A stretch of DNA of 64,000 nt, from the IMG/VR virus record IMGVR_UViG_3300045988_161114, positions 96,001-160,000 of that record, one strand, 5' to 3'. The position numbers were made by a program, and so were the translations under genes. Numbering within the stretch: position 1 is the stretch's first letter; each line of letters starts with the position of its first letter. The notes under the pieces are model-generated. The model was not told the origin of the DNA. It saw nothing but the letters and a program-made list of their open reading frames with translations, and did no database searches. Source of the DNA: a virus. Positions 1-10,877 of the stretch are shown one piece after another.

Positions 1-200
1 CTAGGCATCCACATATGTCCCTTAAGCAATACATCGTCCCAAAGATATCCTATTCCATCACAATGAGGGCAGTCTGATCTACCCTCATTTGATATATTAT
101 TCCAGCATGAGCATTTTTCTTTAGAACCATCCTTCATCCTGACTTTTCTATAGATATACGTCTCGCCCTTTTTGACAAACTCTCCACCAGAAAATAGCAT
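1..200 (-). CDS. partial CDS, N-terminal 66 codons (continues past window start); Cys-rich zinc-finger-like protein
   Basis: Hand translation from ATG 200-198: MLFSGGEFVKKGETYIYRKVRMKDGSKEKCSCWNNISNEGRSDCPHCDGIGYLWDD..., open to nt 1. Starts 19 nt after the stop of the upstream gene. CxC...CxxCxGxG motif. Confidence 0.45.
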   Translation of the reverse strand, partial: MLFSGGEFVKKGETYIYRKVRMKDGSKEKCSCWNNISNEGRSDCPHCDGIGYLWDDVLLKGHMWMP

Positions 201-219
201 TTGGAATTCATGTCTTAGG

Positions 220-891
220 TCAATTTCTTGTATAAAGGGGCTCTGATTCGTTGCCATATCCGTATCCAGTCTTATATAATTTACCGTCAGATTCCAATAA
301 TTTATTTGCACCTATAGGCATTTTACTTAAAAATTTAGGACTATGCCACAATCTATTACTAGATTTGTTACCACAGTTATTTTCACCTTTAACGAATCCC
401 ATAGCTTTGACTCTAGACATATCATCTATTGCAGATAATATAGAATCGGCACATTCTTTTGCTTCATCACCTATCTTGGAGTTATTATTGCCGGAGTTAG
501 AGGATTTTGTTCTTTCTACAGTAAAGTCTCCAAGAATCTTTTTAACAGACTCATTCTTAGAAGATGTACCGTATAGTAGATTTGCTACATCAGATACTAT
601 TGCACATATTACATAATCTCTACATATGGCATATATTTCTTCATCTGTCAGTTTAAGTCTTTTTCTTTTTATGTAATTACTTATCCAAACAGATTTTCTA
701 AATATCATTTCATTTAAGCGGATTATAAAATCCTCAGAAAATGATACTTCGCTAGGGAAAGATAGCTCTATATCTCTTATTGATGCAAAAAATGGATTAA
801 GATCAAAGTCAAAAATTACATTTGTAAGGGTAGCTTTTGTATCATCTTTAAACCCTATAGATATAGAATTTATAATCATTCTATTATTCAT
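220..891 (-). CDS. hypothetical virion/tail-module protein (223 aa)
   Basis: Long ORF in the co-directional late operon; 4-nt overlap with the upstream gene. No motif recognised. Confidence 0.65.
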   Translation of the reverse strand: MNNRMIINSISIGFKDDTKATLTNVIFDFDLNPFFASIRDIELSFPSEVSFSEDFIIRLNEMIFRKSVWISNYIKRKRLKLTDEEIYAICRDYVICAIVSDVANLLYGTSSKNESVKKILGDFTVERTKSSNSGNNNSKIGDEAKECADSILSAIDDMSRVKAMGFVKGENNCGNKSSNRLWHSPKFLSKMPIGANKLLESDGKLYKTGYGYGNESEPLYTRN

Positions 892-2228
892 TCATCTTCC
901 TCATATATTATTGTAACGTAAACTTTCCCACTTTTTACCATTAATGAATAGCTATCTACATCTACATATACCAAACTGTTAGAGTAAGTCTTGAAATCTG
1001 ACATATTCAACTTAACAGTCGTTCTTGGAAGATTATATACATTATATAGCTGATCTTCTATACCTTCTTTTATTGTATTTTTAAATTCCTCAAACTCGCT
1101 ATCAGAATATGAATCTTTTTTCTTTATGCCAGAATAGTATATCATCTTGCTTAAAACAGGTTCGGATCTTAATTTAAATTTTGACCCATTCATATGTTTT
1201 ATGGAGTCGAGATAGTAATAGTAATTGCTTCGAGTATTTGATTCGTATGTAGACTTATCGTTTGTATAATTTCTAATGTACCCTCTTCTTGGCATAGCGG
1301 GAACAAGGTCTCTACTCAAATCAAGTTTTCTTGTTGAAAATATTCCAAATGTACCACTATCACCACCATCAGTTCTTAATCCTGCAAGAAGACAGTGTTT
1401 CGCATCACCTTTATATTTATAATCTAAACCCCAAAAAGTCTTATTACTTATGGTATAAATTTTTCTTCCAGTAGATGTCCCTAATAAATATTTCTCGAAG
1501 ATTGTGCCTGCAAGATTATAGTCGTCATGTATATGCACATTGCTATCAGGGTTATATGTATATTCTGGACCCTTTATAAAAAACGCTTCTCTACCTGCCT
1601 CTTGTATTTTTTTATTTTCTAATTCTAATAATTTTTCTGCAGGAATGTCATCAGAATATGTTTCATATAATTTTATATACTCGTCTACATAATCATGCCT
1701 AAATGTTTTAGGTAGCAAGTCTTTTATATTGGAAGTCTCTGCATTGACATAATCTAAAGATGCAAATAATGTCTTTGTATTTATTTTTCCGTATAGATAT
1801 AAGGAATTTTCATTTGCAACTATATCTGCATACACCTCGATATCATTATAATATCCGAAATGCATCCAAATTTCGCCAATTCTAATTTCACTACTAGGGA
1901 TATCCAGCTGGTCGCATACAAATTGTAGATGCTTGTCTTTTGTCCACCCTTTAATATCAAAGTCTGATAGTATAGTAGTTCTTTTACTATATATTTTTCC
2001 TGATGGTGGGGCGTACATAAGCATAGTTGGTAAAACAGATCTCAATACAGATATCGTAAACTCCTCATTATCATATGAATATCTGACATTAATTTTACCA
2101 TATTCTAATGATTCATCCGGATTACTACTTATTATTTTTATATCTGACGCAGGTATACCCTTTAAAGATGCAATAGAGTATTTTAAATAATCTTTTGTAT
2201 CTATATCCCTACTTATATATTCTTCCAT
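888..2228 (-). CDS. hypothetical virion/tail-module protein (446 aa)
   Basis: Long ORF, tightly packed in the late operon. No motif recognised. Confidence 0.7.
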   Translation of the reverse strand: MEEYISRDIDTKDYLKYSIASLKGIPASDIKIISSNPDESLEYGKINVRYSYDNEEFTISVLRSVLPTMLMYAPPSGKIYSKRTTILSDFDIKGWTKDKHLQFVCDQLDIPSSEIRIGEIWMHFGYYNDIEVYADIVANENSLYLYGKINTKTLFASLDYVNAETSNIKDLLPKTFRHDYVDEYIKLYETYSDDIPAEKLLELENKKIQEAGREAFFIKGPEYTYNPDSNVHIHDDYNLAGTIFEKYLLGTSTGRKIYTISNKTFWGLDYKYKGDAKHCLLAGLRTDGGDSGTFGIFSTRKLDLSRDLVPAMPRRGYIRNYTNDKSTYESNTRSNYYYYLDSIKHMNGSKFKLRSEPVLSKMIYYSGIKKKDSYSDSEFEEFKNTIKEGIEDQLYNVYNLPRTTVKLNMSDFKTYSNSLVYVDVDSYSLMVKSGKVYVTIIYEEDE

Positions 2229-2231
2229 ATT

Positions 2232-4166
2232 TTACCCTTTTAAGTAGTAGTAATAATCCATTACTCCATCTTTATCTGCAGTTAGTTCTTGAAATCTGCC
2301 TGTATTACCCGACTCTTTATCCAAACTATCTTTAAATTTTTGCCTAGTAAGATATCTTATATCAGCACTTATTACGGGAGATCCTCCAAATTTTGGAGTT
2401 ATGCGCTTATAAACCTCTATATCTTGGTCCCCACCTCTTTCGCAGGACGCAGAGCTGTTTATACTATAAAAGATCTTATCAAAATTGGAATTTACAGTTC
2501 TTTCCCAATCTATATTAATCTTGTCGTAAGGTAATCCATATCTATTGAATATTTCCCTTTTTATCAGTTCCTTCTCCTCTTTTATTTGGTCAGCAGAAGG
2601 GGTTGTACCTGATGTAATTTTTGCAAAATATATCGGCTTTATTGGATTTCCATATACATACATTTTACCATAATTTGAATGCGAATAATATGTTTTACTT
2701 GATTCGTCAAAAATGAAGTTACTTCCAGAATTTGACTCTTCTTGCAATATTTTTGCAGTTCCGTATGCTCTTTCTTTTTGTCTTCCTTCGTTATCAATGT
2801 ACTCCTCTCTTCTTTCAGGTTTAAAAACCTGGCCATATTTTATATTGAATAGGCCGCCATCAGTAAGACCAACTGTTACATAATCGTCAAAAAGAGTTGG
2901 AAGGTATCTTCTTGATTTTTTAAAATACTCATCTATTTCCTTTTTCTGGCTCTCATTAAATTTAGGAGGTTCATAGTCTGGTGGAGGAGGTGGGTCATAC
3001 GGACTCCTGTTTGGATTTATATACGATAAATCATCTTCACTTATAAAGCTTGGCGGAGGAACTCTATAATCTGTAGGGAATATAAAATAACCTTCCCCCT
3101 CTATATTTGAAATATAATATTCCTTGCCATCATCGCCATTAAATATATTGGCGCCCTCATAATTCAAGTCTGAATATCCATGAACATATTTTACAGATTC
3201 AGATGTTCCGTCAACAAATTTGACCCTTTGTATGTGTAATCCAGGATCAAATTGTTTTATTTTATAGTAACCATTCCTATCTGTGATATCTTTATTTTTA
3301 TTTTCAACCCATACCTTAGAGAAACCATTTTCAAGTTGTTTGAATTCCGTTATTTCATACTTGTTATTAACAGAATCTTGTATCTCACCAGTATGATATG
3401 CATCAATCATGAAGCCTATGAGTTCGTCATCTGTATTTCCGAACTCATAATTTGTAGAGTCGAAATCTGTTATATTCCCTTTTGGGAAGAATAATGGATT
3501 ATTTGCGTGTCTATGTCCATCTGCTACATGAGTGCTTTTATCTATAACTATATCTCTATCATTTTTAACAGTAATTACTACTTCAGTTGAAAAATCAAAT
3601 GGTGAACCCAATTTCTTTTCAAAATTTTCATCATTAATTGTGTATATAGGAGGAATATACCATGATTTAACAGTAAACTTGTCTTTGATGGTTTTAGCAT
3701 TGTCGTTAACTGCTTTAAATGTTACAGATGTATTGCCTTCATACTTATTACTGTAGTCTATAGATTCAACTACTATTTCATCACTAGGGATATTAACTCT
3801 ATCCGCGACCTGTTGTTTTAATTTGGTATTAATGGATTTATCATTGAATGCTGTACTGAAGTCTCCATTATCTCCATCCATGTAATTCAAAACCCAGTCG
3901 TTTTGAGACTCGCCCTCGACAGCACCCACTTCTGTTAGTGATACCCTATTATAATAGGCGACCACTCTATTTGTGTGGCCGCCTTTAGTAATCTCAACAT
4001 CAACAGCGGTATTTCTGTCTTTTTCAGAAACCTCTCTAATAGTAGATTCATCGATTCTTATATCTCCCTTTTGGAGGCCAGTTGTATCAACTATAAGCTC
4101 TAACAGATTTTCGATACCTGTTACTTTCTTATCAATTAAAATATCGCCGTTTGGTGCCTTAATCAT
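2232..4166 (-). CDS. hypothetical large tail/host-interaction module protein (644 aa)
   Basis: Long ORF with a proline linker (PYDPPPPPDYEPP) between two domains. Function inferred only from its position among distal late genes. Confidence 0.7.
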   Translation of the reverse strand: MIKAPNGDILIDKKVTGIENLLELIVDTTGLQKGDIRIDESTIREVSEKDRNTAVDVEITKGGHTNRVVAYYNRVSLTEVGAVEGESQNDWVLNYMDGDNGDFSTAFNDKSINTKLKQQVADRVNIPSDEIVVESIDYSNKYEGNTSVTFKAVNDNAKTIKDKFTVKSWYIPPIYTINDENFEKKLGSPFDFSTEVVITVKNDRDIVIDKSTHVADGHRHANNPLFFPKGNITDFDSTNYEFGNTDDELIGFMIDAYHTGEIQDSVNNKYEITEFKQLENGFSKVWVENKNKDITDRNGYYKIKQFDPGLHIQRVKFVDGTSESVKYVHGYSDLNYEGANIFNGDDGKEYYISNIEGEGYFIFPTDYRVPPPSFISEDDLSYINPNRSPYDPPPPPDYEPPKFNESQKKEIDEYFKKSRRYLPTLFDDYVTVGLTDGGLFNIKYGQVFKPERREEYIDNEGRQKERAYGTAKILQEESNSGSNFIFDESSKTYYSHSNYGKMYVYGNPIKPIYFAKITSGTTPSADQIKEEKELIKREIFNRYGLPYDKINIDWERTVNSNFDKIFYSINSSASCERGGDQDIEVYKRITPKFGGSPVISADIRYLTRQKFKDSLDKESGNTGRFQELTADKDGVMDYYYYLKG

Positions 4167-4175
4167 TTTATCACT

Positions 4176-5474
4176 CTAATTTTCTTCTTGTGCTGGAACT
4201 TCTTCGTCACGTTTCGGTTTCCTTGCTCTCTCGATTATATCTATGAGTTTTTTCTCATTTAGATATCCAGAAGGAATACGTCTAAATCCATTAGCTATAA
4301 ATTCTAATTCTTGAGCTGTATCTTCGTATATCTTATTAACATTGTGTCTAATAGTAATATTAGGAATATAACAAGATACTTTACCAGATTTAATTTTAAT
4401 AACTCTATTAAGACAGCATTCACCGTTATTTCTGATTTTAATATTCCATAATTGAGAATCAGATGGAACAATAGAAGATTTACCTATATGTATAGATTCG
4501 TCTCTTATATCTATGCGCTTGTATAATAAGTTGGCAAATATATTATGGTCATATACATTATCTGATACAAATATATTGCCCGACTCAATTCTTCTTGTAT
4601 CAACTTTCTCGGTATTGTATCTATATATAGATAAAGAAATATATGGTATTAAATCTGATATATCTACATTTACTCTTGATAGTATATTTGATATGTTTAT
4701 TACATATTTTGAATTTTCTATAGCTATCGGTGCGGTGGTAGAATCTGTAGTGAAGCAGTAATTAATAAATAGCGGCGGCATATTTAAGAATACACGTATT
4801 TTATCTTTTGATGTATCCAATTTTAATATGCTCGGATCTATTATTATTTTACCTCCAGATGCATCAACAGTATAACCCTCATTTATATTTAACAGATAAG
4901 AGTCATCGTTTCTATATTCGCTTACGAATTTATATTTAGCATCTTTTACATGTGTAGAGTTATAACTACCTATATATTTGAATTCAGACTTTTTAGTCTT
5001 CTGATAACTGTAATAATCATAATATTTGAAGCGATATACTTTACCATTTACATTATTATTTTTGTATCCTGATTTAAGTTTTACTGTACGTTTGACATAT
5101 CCTAGCTTAACTTTAAATAGGCTTCTAAATGTTAAAGTATGTCCTCTTTTGCTTGCAACACTGAAGTTATATCTAGATTTATATCTTATTCTTCTTTCTG
5201 TTAAAGAATAAGAAGTATATTCTGACAAGAATGACATCGTACGCAAGTTGCGTTTTTTATTTATATAATATATGTCACTAAACTTATATACAGTTTCGCT
5301 AAGCTTTATTCTATACTGTGTTTTAAATATTTTTTCTTTTACAGTATTGGTTTTATTGTTGTATGAGCTCCTAAAGGTTCTAACTCTGTAATTATCAAAA
5401 ACAACCTTTAAATTAAGCGAAAGAGACGGGTACCTTAGTGAACTTTTTTCATTATTCTCAAGCTTCAAATACAT
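4176..5474 (-). CDS. hypothetical virion protein (432 aa)
   Basis: Long ORF, 9 nt from the downstream gene; overlaps the upstream gene by 17 nt. Confidence 0.7.
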   Translation of the reverse strand: MYLKLENNEKSSLRYPSLSLNLKVVFDNYRVRTFRSSYNNKTNTVKEKIFKTQYRIKLSETVYKFSDIYYINKKRNLRTMSFLSEYTSYSLTERRIRYKSRYNFSVASKRGHTLTFRSLFKVKLGYVKRTVKLKSGYKNNNVNGKVYRFKYYDYYSYQKTKKSEFKYIGSYNSTHVKDAKYKFVSEYRNDDSYLLNINEGYTVDASGGKIIIDPSILKLDTSKDKIRVFLNMPPLFINYCFTTDSTTAPIAIENSKYVINISNILSRVNVDISDLIPYISLSIYRYNTEKVDTRRIESGNIFVSDNVYDHNIFANLLYKRIDIRDESIHIGKSSIVPSDSQLWNIKIRNNGECCLNRVIKIKSGKVSCYIPNITIRHNVNKIYEDTAQELEFIANGFRRIPSGYLNEKKLIDIIERARKPKRDEEVPAQEEN

Positions 5475-7110
5475 CTGTTTTGCCCCCGATTGGTCTAAAG
5501 TTTATACTTATACCAAACATATCAGCTATTTGACTTAGCCCTCCATCATACCTAGATGAAGATGGGTTAAAGTTTGTTATATAAGACATATATGAATCTT
5601 TTAATTTATCACCTATAAAGTCATCTTCAGTATATGGATTATATTGTATGCCAATTATAAAAACCATAAAAGAACCTTTAGCAAACTTATCTTTTATAAT
5701 TGATGATCCACAAAATGTAACAGAGGTATCTGCAAATGTACCCGCAGCTATTGGATTTGAAACTCCATACTCAGACATTGATGTTATACTATTGACGAAT
5801 AGACTATATAAGTTCTTATTATTATTCAATAATGTCGGAATAGTTTTTGTGTCTACCCCTTCAAATAATGGAAGCTTCGGGTTAGAATTTTTTTCATCTG
5901 CTATCCCTGAAAATGGGTCTATATAATTCCAGGGGCTAAGAGATATCATAGCCGACGCTTTAGATATATTAGATATTTTAATATCTTTAATACTTTTTAA
6001 TTCTTCATTTTTAGTATCTGGATTATAAACATTCCTACTCTTATCTGGAACGAATATATCTACGTAATAAGAACTTCCTTCTTTATATACATCATTTATA
6101 TATATAAAAAATTCTGTAGGAAGTTTAATTCTTGGCAATTTATCATATTTTAGTCCAGATAGCTGTAGGTTGGCATTTATTTCAACGCCAGGTATAGGAG
6201 TTAATACGTCTTCCTCATTACCATCGCAGTGTAATGTTGAGGCAACAGCAAATGATTTATAACCTATAGTATATTTTATAGCTTTTATAATATTATTATT
6301 ATAATTATAATAATGAGCACCACCAACTGAAACGCCGGTAATTTTCTTCTTATAGCCTAAAAATGTTACACCATTAAATGTTTTTGTCTTTTTTAGATCC
6401 TCAGAAAAGTCTTGATCAAGCTCAACCGTATTATATGCATTTACATCTATTTGTATACCTGTTGGAGCATTTTCTCCGTAATTTAGATTCCTTGATATCA
6501 TTACAGGTATCATTACTGTTCTATTTGATGTAGCTCCATCAAGTACCTTTTTGTTCCTTTTCTCTTTACTAACCATTCCGCCAGCGCCAATTTCGCTACT
6601 ATAAGTAGTCATTGCAAATTTTCGCAATAATAATGTTAACACTGTAGAAGTAATTCCAACATTTGTTTCGGAATTATAATATTCAAGTTCTTGAGGATTA
6701 GACGCCTTTATTGCCGGAGACATAAACTTATATCTAAAAAGTCTATTAGTTACTTCGTTTGCAAAGTATGATTGTCCGGATATATCTATATCTATGCCAT
6801 CAGATATAGATTCTTCAGAGTCATAACTCTTATACGTTCTGCTAAATTTAAATTTTTTAAATCCACACTCATCAGGATATCTAGGGGAATTAAAGTTATC
6901 AAATAGCCCAGATATCATACTTGATATAACTTTACCTAACTCATCCCTACCGGTTGATGATTCCCACTGTGCTAATCCATTTGCAGTTGCCCATGAATTT
7001 TCGACTCTATTTTCAAATTGGTCTAGAAGACTAGATGGCAGAAAAACATCAAAATAATCCATCACTGATTCTCTAGTGCTTCCAGAACTTCCGTACTCTA
7101 TTTCTGCCAT
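5458..7110 (-). CDS. hypothetical virion protein (550 aa)
   Basis: Long ORF in the late operon. No motif recognised. Confidence 0.7.
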   Translation of the reverse strand: MAEIEYGSSGSTRESVMDYFDVFLPSSLLDQFENRVENSWATANGLAQWESSTGRDELGKVISSMISGLFDNFNSPRYPDECGFKKFKFSRTYKSYDSEESISDGIDIDISGQSYFANEVTNRLFRYKFMSPAIKASNPQELEYYNSETNVGITSTVLTLLLRKFAMTTYSSEIGAGGMVSKEKRNKKVLDGATSNRTVMIPVMISRNLNYGENAPTGIQIDVNAYNTVELDQDFSEDLKKTKTFNGVTFLGYKKKITGVSVGGAHYYNYNNNIIKAIKYTIGYKSFAVASTLHCDGNEEDVLTPIPGVEINANLQLSGLKYDKLPRIKLPTEFFIYINDVYKEGSSYYVDIFVPDKSRNVYNPDTKNEELKSIKDIKISNISKASAMISLSPWNYIDPFSGIADEKNSNPKLPLFEGVDTKTIPTLLNNNKNLYSLFVNSITSMSEYGVSNPIAAGTFADTSVTFCGSSIIKDKFAKGSFMVFIIGIQYNPYTEDDFIGDKLKDSYMSYITNFNPSSSRYDGGLSQIADMFGISINFRPIGGKTDVFEA

Positions 7111-7126
7111 CTTTTACCCTTTTATA

Positions 7127-7648
7127 TTAATCTGAACCTATAATATTTAACTCAAACGCCTCTCTAATTTCACCAGCACCTGATACATTTTCTGCTGTAC
7201 GTTTAACCCAGATAGCGTATCTATCGCCTGCATCAAGTGTATCTAGTCTTAGAGGATTCTCTTTGGTGTATTTTTCAAATGATATTCCATCTGGAGGAGT
7301 TGTCTCTGAAGCCGCAATATTTGCGTCTGTGTTTTTAGTATCAACTTTTGCTAATGTGAATTTAGCATATGTTACACCACCGATATATATTTTCGTTCCC
7401 AAGAATGGGCCTTTATTTGGTCCAGTTGGGTTATTGTAAATATATAAACATCGGTAATCTGAAGCATTAGATGCATTGTCAGCCTGACTTACATCATCCC
7501 ATATGTCATTTAGTTTAAATGAATTTTCTGTTATTACATGAGATATTGATCCAGATTCGGCCATTTTACCACCAATAGAGTCTTTGATATTCGCAACTGC
7601 TTTATTGGTAGCACTACCGGTAGAAAGTCTTAGTTCGATATTTGCCAT
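7127..7648 (-). CDS. hypothetical virion structural protein (173 aa)
   Basis: ORF abuts the upstream gene (7649). N-terminal RLSTGSATNKAVANIKDSIGG segment resembles Gly/Ser-rich N-termini seen in podovirus structural proteins (recollection only). Confidence 0.65.
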   Translation of the reverse strand: MANIELRLSTGSATNKAVANIKDSIGGKMAESGSISHVITENSFKLNDIWDDVSQADNASNASDYRCLYIYNNPTGPNKGPFLGTKIYIGGVTYAKFTLAKVDTKNTDANIAASETTPPDGISFEKYTKENPLRLDTLDAGDRYAIWVKRTAENVSGAGEIREAFELNIIGSD

Positions 7649-9172
7649 TTATTCTCTCTTAGTTCCGTCGTATGTGGTTATAGAAATATATGCGCCGCCA
7701 TTACTTTCAATGAATTTTATTAATGACTCATTTGGGTAGTAACGTATTTTTCCATAATCCTCTGTTTTTACACCTTTGTATTCTAGGAATGTATGTGAGA
7801 ATTCTGGGAATTCTCGACCTATTGTTTTTAAATCATTACAATTAGTGTGATGATACCATAATCCGTATTTTAATATATTAGCATACTGAGGAGCTATATA
7901 TCTTTCTACATCATCGGATGTGGAGTCTCTAAATAAAAGAGTTTCTTTATCGTTATGATATATTTCTATTGAATATTGAAATCCTCCACTAGATTTAAAG
8001 TTTCTTTGGACATCAAAATCTATATAGTCCATCTCATATATAAACATTGAGAAGTGAGGATGTGAAACTTTATCTATTACATCATATGCTAGTATATTAT
8101 ATGATGGTGGATATATTATAAGTTTAAATGTTGATAATGGTATAGGATTATTTTGTTTGATAAGCTTTGTCAGCTTTGTAAGATTTACTCTTACTTTTGA
8201 ATTGCATACATAAGCCCCTGGCTTATATACTTTTTTAGACATTATTCTTTTGAGATCAAGTCCATCGTAAATTCTAGTCCACGATTGACATTGTTCGCTC
8301 ATAGACTTCCATCTTATTTGAGCACCTGCTTCAAGATATTGAGGATGTCTTATGTTAAGATCTTTTTCATAGAATTCTTTTGGTCTACTTGATTCATCAA
8401 CAAGTCTTGTTGTCCCAAAGTAAAATTCTACTGGAGAATCTTCTGTAGCCTTTGGCTTAGGTATTCCAGTTAACATTGGAGCGGTTTTACTCATATCAGA
8501 ATTGAAATTATCAGAACCTTTTTCTATGAATTGTATATCATATGCTAAGTTACATCTAAATATATTTCTTGGCGTATTCGGCATTAAATGGAATTCACCA
8601 ATATGTATATCTATATAATCATTTTCGTACTTATCTTTTTTTATTTGATCTTTGAATGAGTATGAAACTTCACCATCTGATTGTATATTGGCATGGATAG
8701 TTATAGCACAACCATTTATTGTAGATGAATTATATGAGTATCCATTTGACGACCTTAATGCATACATCTTTTCAATGTATGCTGGTTCTGTTTTCCATCT
8801 ATCTATAATAGATGCAAATGACCCATCAAATAATTCTCTATCGTTTATTATCTCATGCATGCCATATGTAGAACCTAGAGCTTCAAAGTATTTAAAGGTA
8901 TGAAATGGTTCTCTATACAAGAATGTTGTTCTCTCTACAGTCTCATATTTTGTTTTGCCATTATCCTTTTTTACTTGTTCTCGTATAAGCTCTTTTTTAA
9001 TGGCTCTTGGAGGACCTTCGAATCCTTCAAATGTAGAATGCACAGATGGTATAGCAAATGTTCCAAGAGTATTGTATACAAGTGTAGCACCAGTTTTAAA
9101 CTCTGGATCTCTCACAAGATAATTATCTCCTGCAAGTTTCTTATAATCTACTAACTCTGTCATTCTTTCCAC
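7649..9172 (-). CDS. hypothetical virion protein (507 aa)
   Basis: Long ORF; 13-nt overlap with the upstream gene. Confidence 0.7.
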   Translation of the reverse strand: MERMTELVDYKKLAGDNYLVRDPEFKTGATLVYNTLGTFAIPSVHSTFEGFEGPPRAIKKELIREQVKKDNGKTKYETVERTTFLYREPFHTFKYFEALGSTYGMHEIINDRELFDGSFASIIDRWKTEPAYIEKMYALRSSNGYSYNSSTINGCAITIHANIQSDGEVSYSFKDQIKKDKYENDYIDIHIGEFHLMPNTPRNIFRCNLAYDIQFIEKGSDNFNSDMSKTAPMLTGIPKPKATEDSPVEFYFGTTRLVDESSRPKEFYEKDLNIRHPQYLEAGAQIRWKSMSEQCQSWTRIYDGLDLKRIMSKKVYKPGAYVCNSKVRVNLTKLTKLIKQNNPIPLSTFKLIIYPPSYNILAYDVIDKVSHPHFSMFIYEMDYIDFDVQRNFKSSGGFQYSIEIYHNDKETLLFRDSTSDDVERYIAPQYANILKYGLWYHHTNCNDLKTIGREFPEFSHTFLEYKGVKTEDYGKIRYYPNESLIKFIESNGGAYISITTYDGTKRE

Positions 9173-10203
9173 CTACGTATTACATCTGGTGCACTAGGGT
9201 CAACGTTTTGTATTAATTCTATTTGTAATACTTTGCCGGCCCTTATTATAGAGAATTCTAGTATATATTTGGGCAATTCGTACAATCCCATCATTGATAG
9301 ATGATAATTGTCAAATGCTTCCATAAACTCAACATCAAATGAGTTTATATCTGTAGTGTTCTTATCTATCTCTTTGTCGAACACTATTAATGCTTTAGAT
9401 GGTTGTCGAACTTCAAGTCTGTATAAAGCAGAGCTTTTAGTTGTTCCATCTGCTGTTGTAGTTGTAGCTGCGCCTGAACCATTTAAGCCATTATAGAATT
9501 CTTTTAGATCAGATTCTCCTATTCTACCAGATGTAGATTTAGGAGTTTTATCTTCTAACGGACTTGCGGTACCAGTACCAAATTCAAGTTTAAAATCTTT
9601 ATCAAGTATTTGAGATGCTGTAACAGTTATGGATATTTCATCCCCTATATGAGGAACAAATCCATCTTTAAATGATATATCTACACCTCTTATATTTATA
9701 TCACTAGGGACTGTTATTAGTTTTGAGTTTTCTACTAATTGTCCGTCTATAGATACACTGGCTACGAATATCTTATTTGCGTCGTTAAGGAATCCTGATG
9801 AAGCCTTTATTAAAACATCCTTGTCGTTGACAGAACTTGATATAAGATTGGCATCATTGCCATTTATTTGATGAACATTAGATATACTCATTAATCCAGA
9901 GTCAATATAAAGGGCGTATTTTGAATTATCCTGTAATGCCTCTTTAGGGATAATTGTTATTACGCCATCTTTATATTCTATATCTATTTCCTCTGTTCTG
10001 AATTCATCAATTCTAAACATATCACTATATGATCTTGCATAGTGATTTAGCCCATCTTTATTATGAATTCTTTTCAGAGTTATATGTTCATTAAGCGCAT
10101 ATGGAAAGTAACTGCCAGATAATTTAAGTTTTATCGCGCCCTTTAATGGCATAAATTTTAATTCTTCTTCGGAATTTAATACTTTTAATATATTATCTGA
10201 CAT
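9160..10203 (-). CDS. hypothetical head-proximal virion protein (347 aa)
   Basis: Long ORF two genes downstream of the capsid gene. No motif recognised. Confidence 0.65.
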   Translation of the reverse strand: MSDNILKVLNSEEELKFMPLKGAIKLKLSGSYFPYALNEHITLKRIHNKDGLNHYARSYSDMFRIDEFRTEEIDIEYKDGVITIIPKEALQDNSKYALYIDSGLMSISNVHQINGNDANLISSSVNDKDVLIKASSGFLNDANKIFVASVSIDGQLVENSKLITVPSDINIRGVDISFKDGFVPHIGDEISITVTASQILDKDFKLEFGTGTASPLEDKTPKSTSGRIGESDLKEFYNGLNGSGAATTTTADGTTKSSALYRLEVRQPSKALIVFDKEIDKNTTDINSFDVEFMEAFDNYHLSMMGLYELPKYILEFSIIRAGKVLQIELIQNVDPSAPDVIRRWKE

Positions 10204-10210
10204 AATTATA

Positions 10211-10798
10211 TTACTCTTCTGATACTACTTCTTCTTGTTTTTCTTCTTGAGCTTGTTCTTCTACATGAGCATCAAGAGCAGCTAATTGTTCTTCGATTAG
10301 AGCAACAACTGTTTTACGGTTTTTAGATTCAACTTCTGCATTTAGAGCATACTCTAAAGCCTCTTTAGTTTGATATGGAGAGTTTTTCAGAGAAACAAGT
10401 GCTTGTGCGCCGGAAGCATTGATAACTTTATCAGCAACAAATGTTTCCATATCAGATTTCAATTGTTTTCTTTCCAGAATTTCAGCAGTGGTTGTTACAT
10501 TACCATTTTCATCAACAACCTCGGCATCAACAACCTCTACAGATGTTTCATTTTGAAGATGGAATACTTTGTCAGTTTCGCCATCAGAAACTTGAGCACG
10601 AAGTTCCAGAGCAATATTCATGATATCATCTGCATTTGCAGTAGACTCTAAAGTGCCAGAACGAATGTAGTGAGAGATAATCTCAAGGTCAGCAATATTC
10701 AATTTATCAGAATCGAGAACTTTTTCTTGTCCTCTTATCATAGAGAATTTTTCACCAAATAAGAATGATGAACCAACTAGTTTAATTTTTATTTGCAT
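10211..10798 (-). CDS. hypothetical protein with acidic C-terminus (195 aa)
   Basis: ORF directly after the capsid-gene terminator. C-terminal EEQAQEEKQEEVVSEE. Confidence 0.65.
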   Translation of the reverse strand: MQIKIKLVGSSFLFGEKFSMIRGQEKVLDSDKLNIADLEIISHYIRSGTLESTANADDIMNIALELRAQVSDGETDKVFHLQNETSVEVVDAEVVDENGNVTTTAEILERKQLKSDMETFVADKVINASGAQALVSLKNSPYQTKEALEYALNAEVESKNRKTVVALIEEQLAALDAHVEEQAQEEKQEEVVSEE

Positions 10799-10812
10799 AT
10801 ATTTTTAATCCA

Positions 10813-10847
10813 ATAAAAAGGGAGGTAGGGAGTAGACCCTACCTCCC
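10813..10847 (-). terminator. intrinsic terminator downstream of the major capsid gene
   Basis: Perfect 11-bp stem GGGAGGTAGGG/CCCTACCTCCC (10820-10830 / 10837-10847), 6-nt loop. On the minus strand it is followed by TTTTT (A-run 10815-10819). Confidence 0.8.
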
Positions 10848-10877
10848 AATTAGTCAATAAACACTTATGGGTTTATA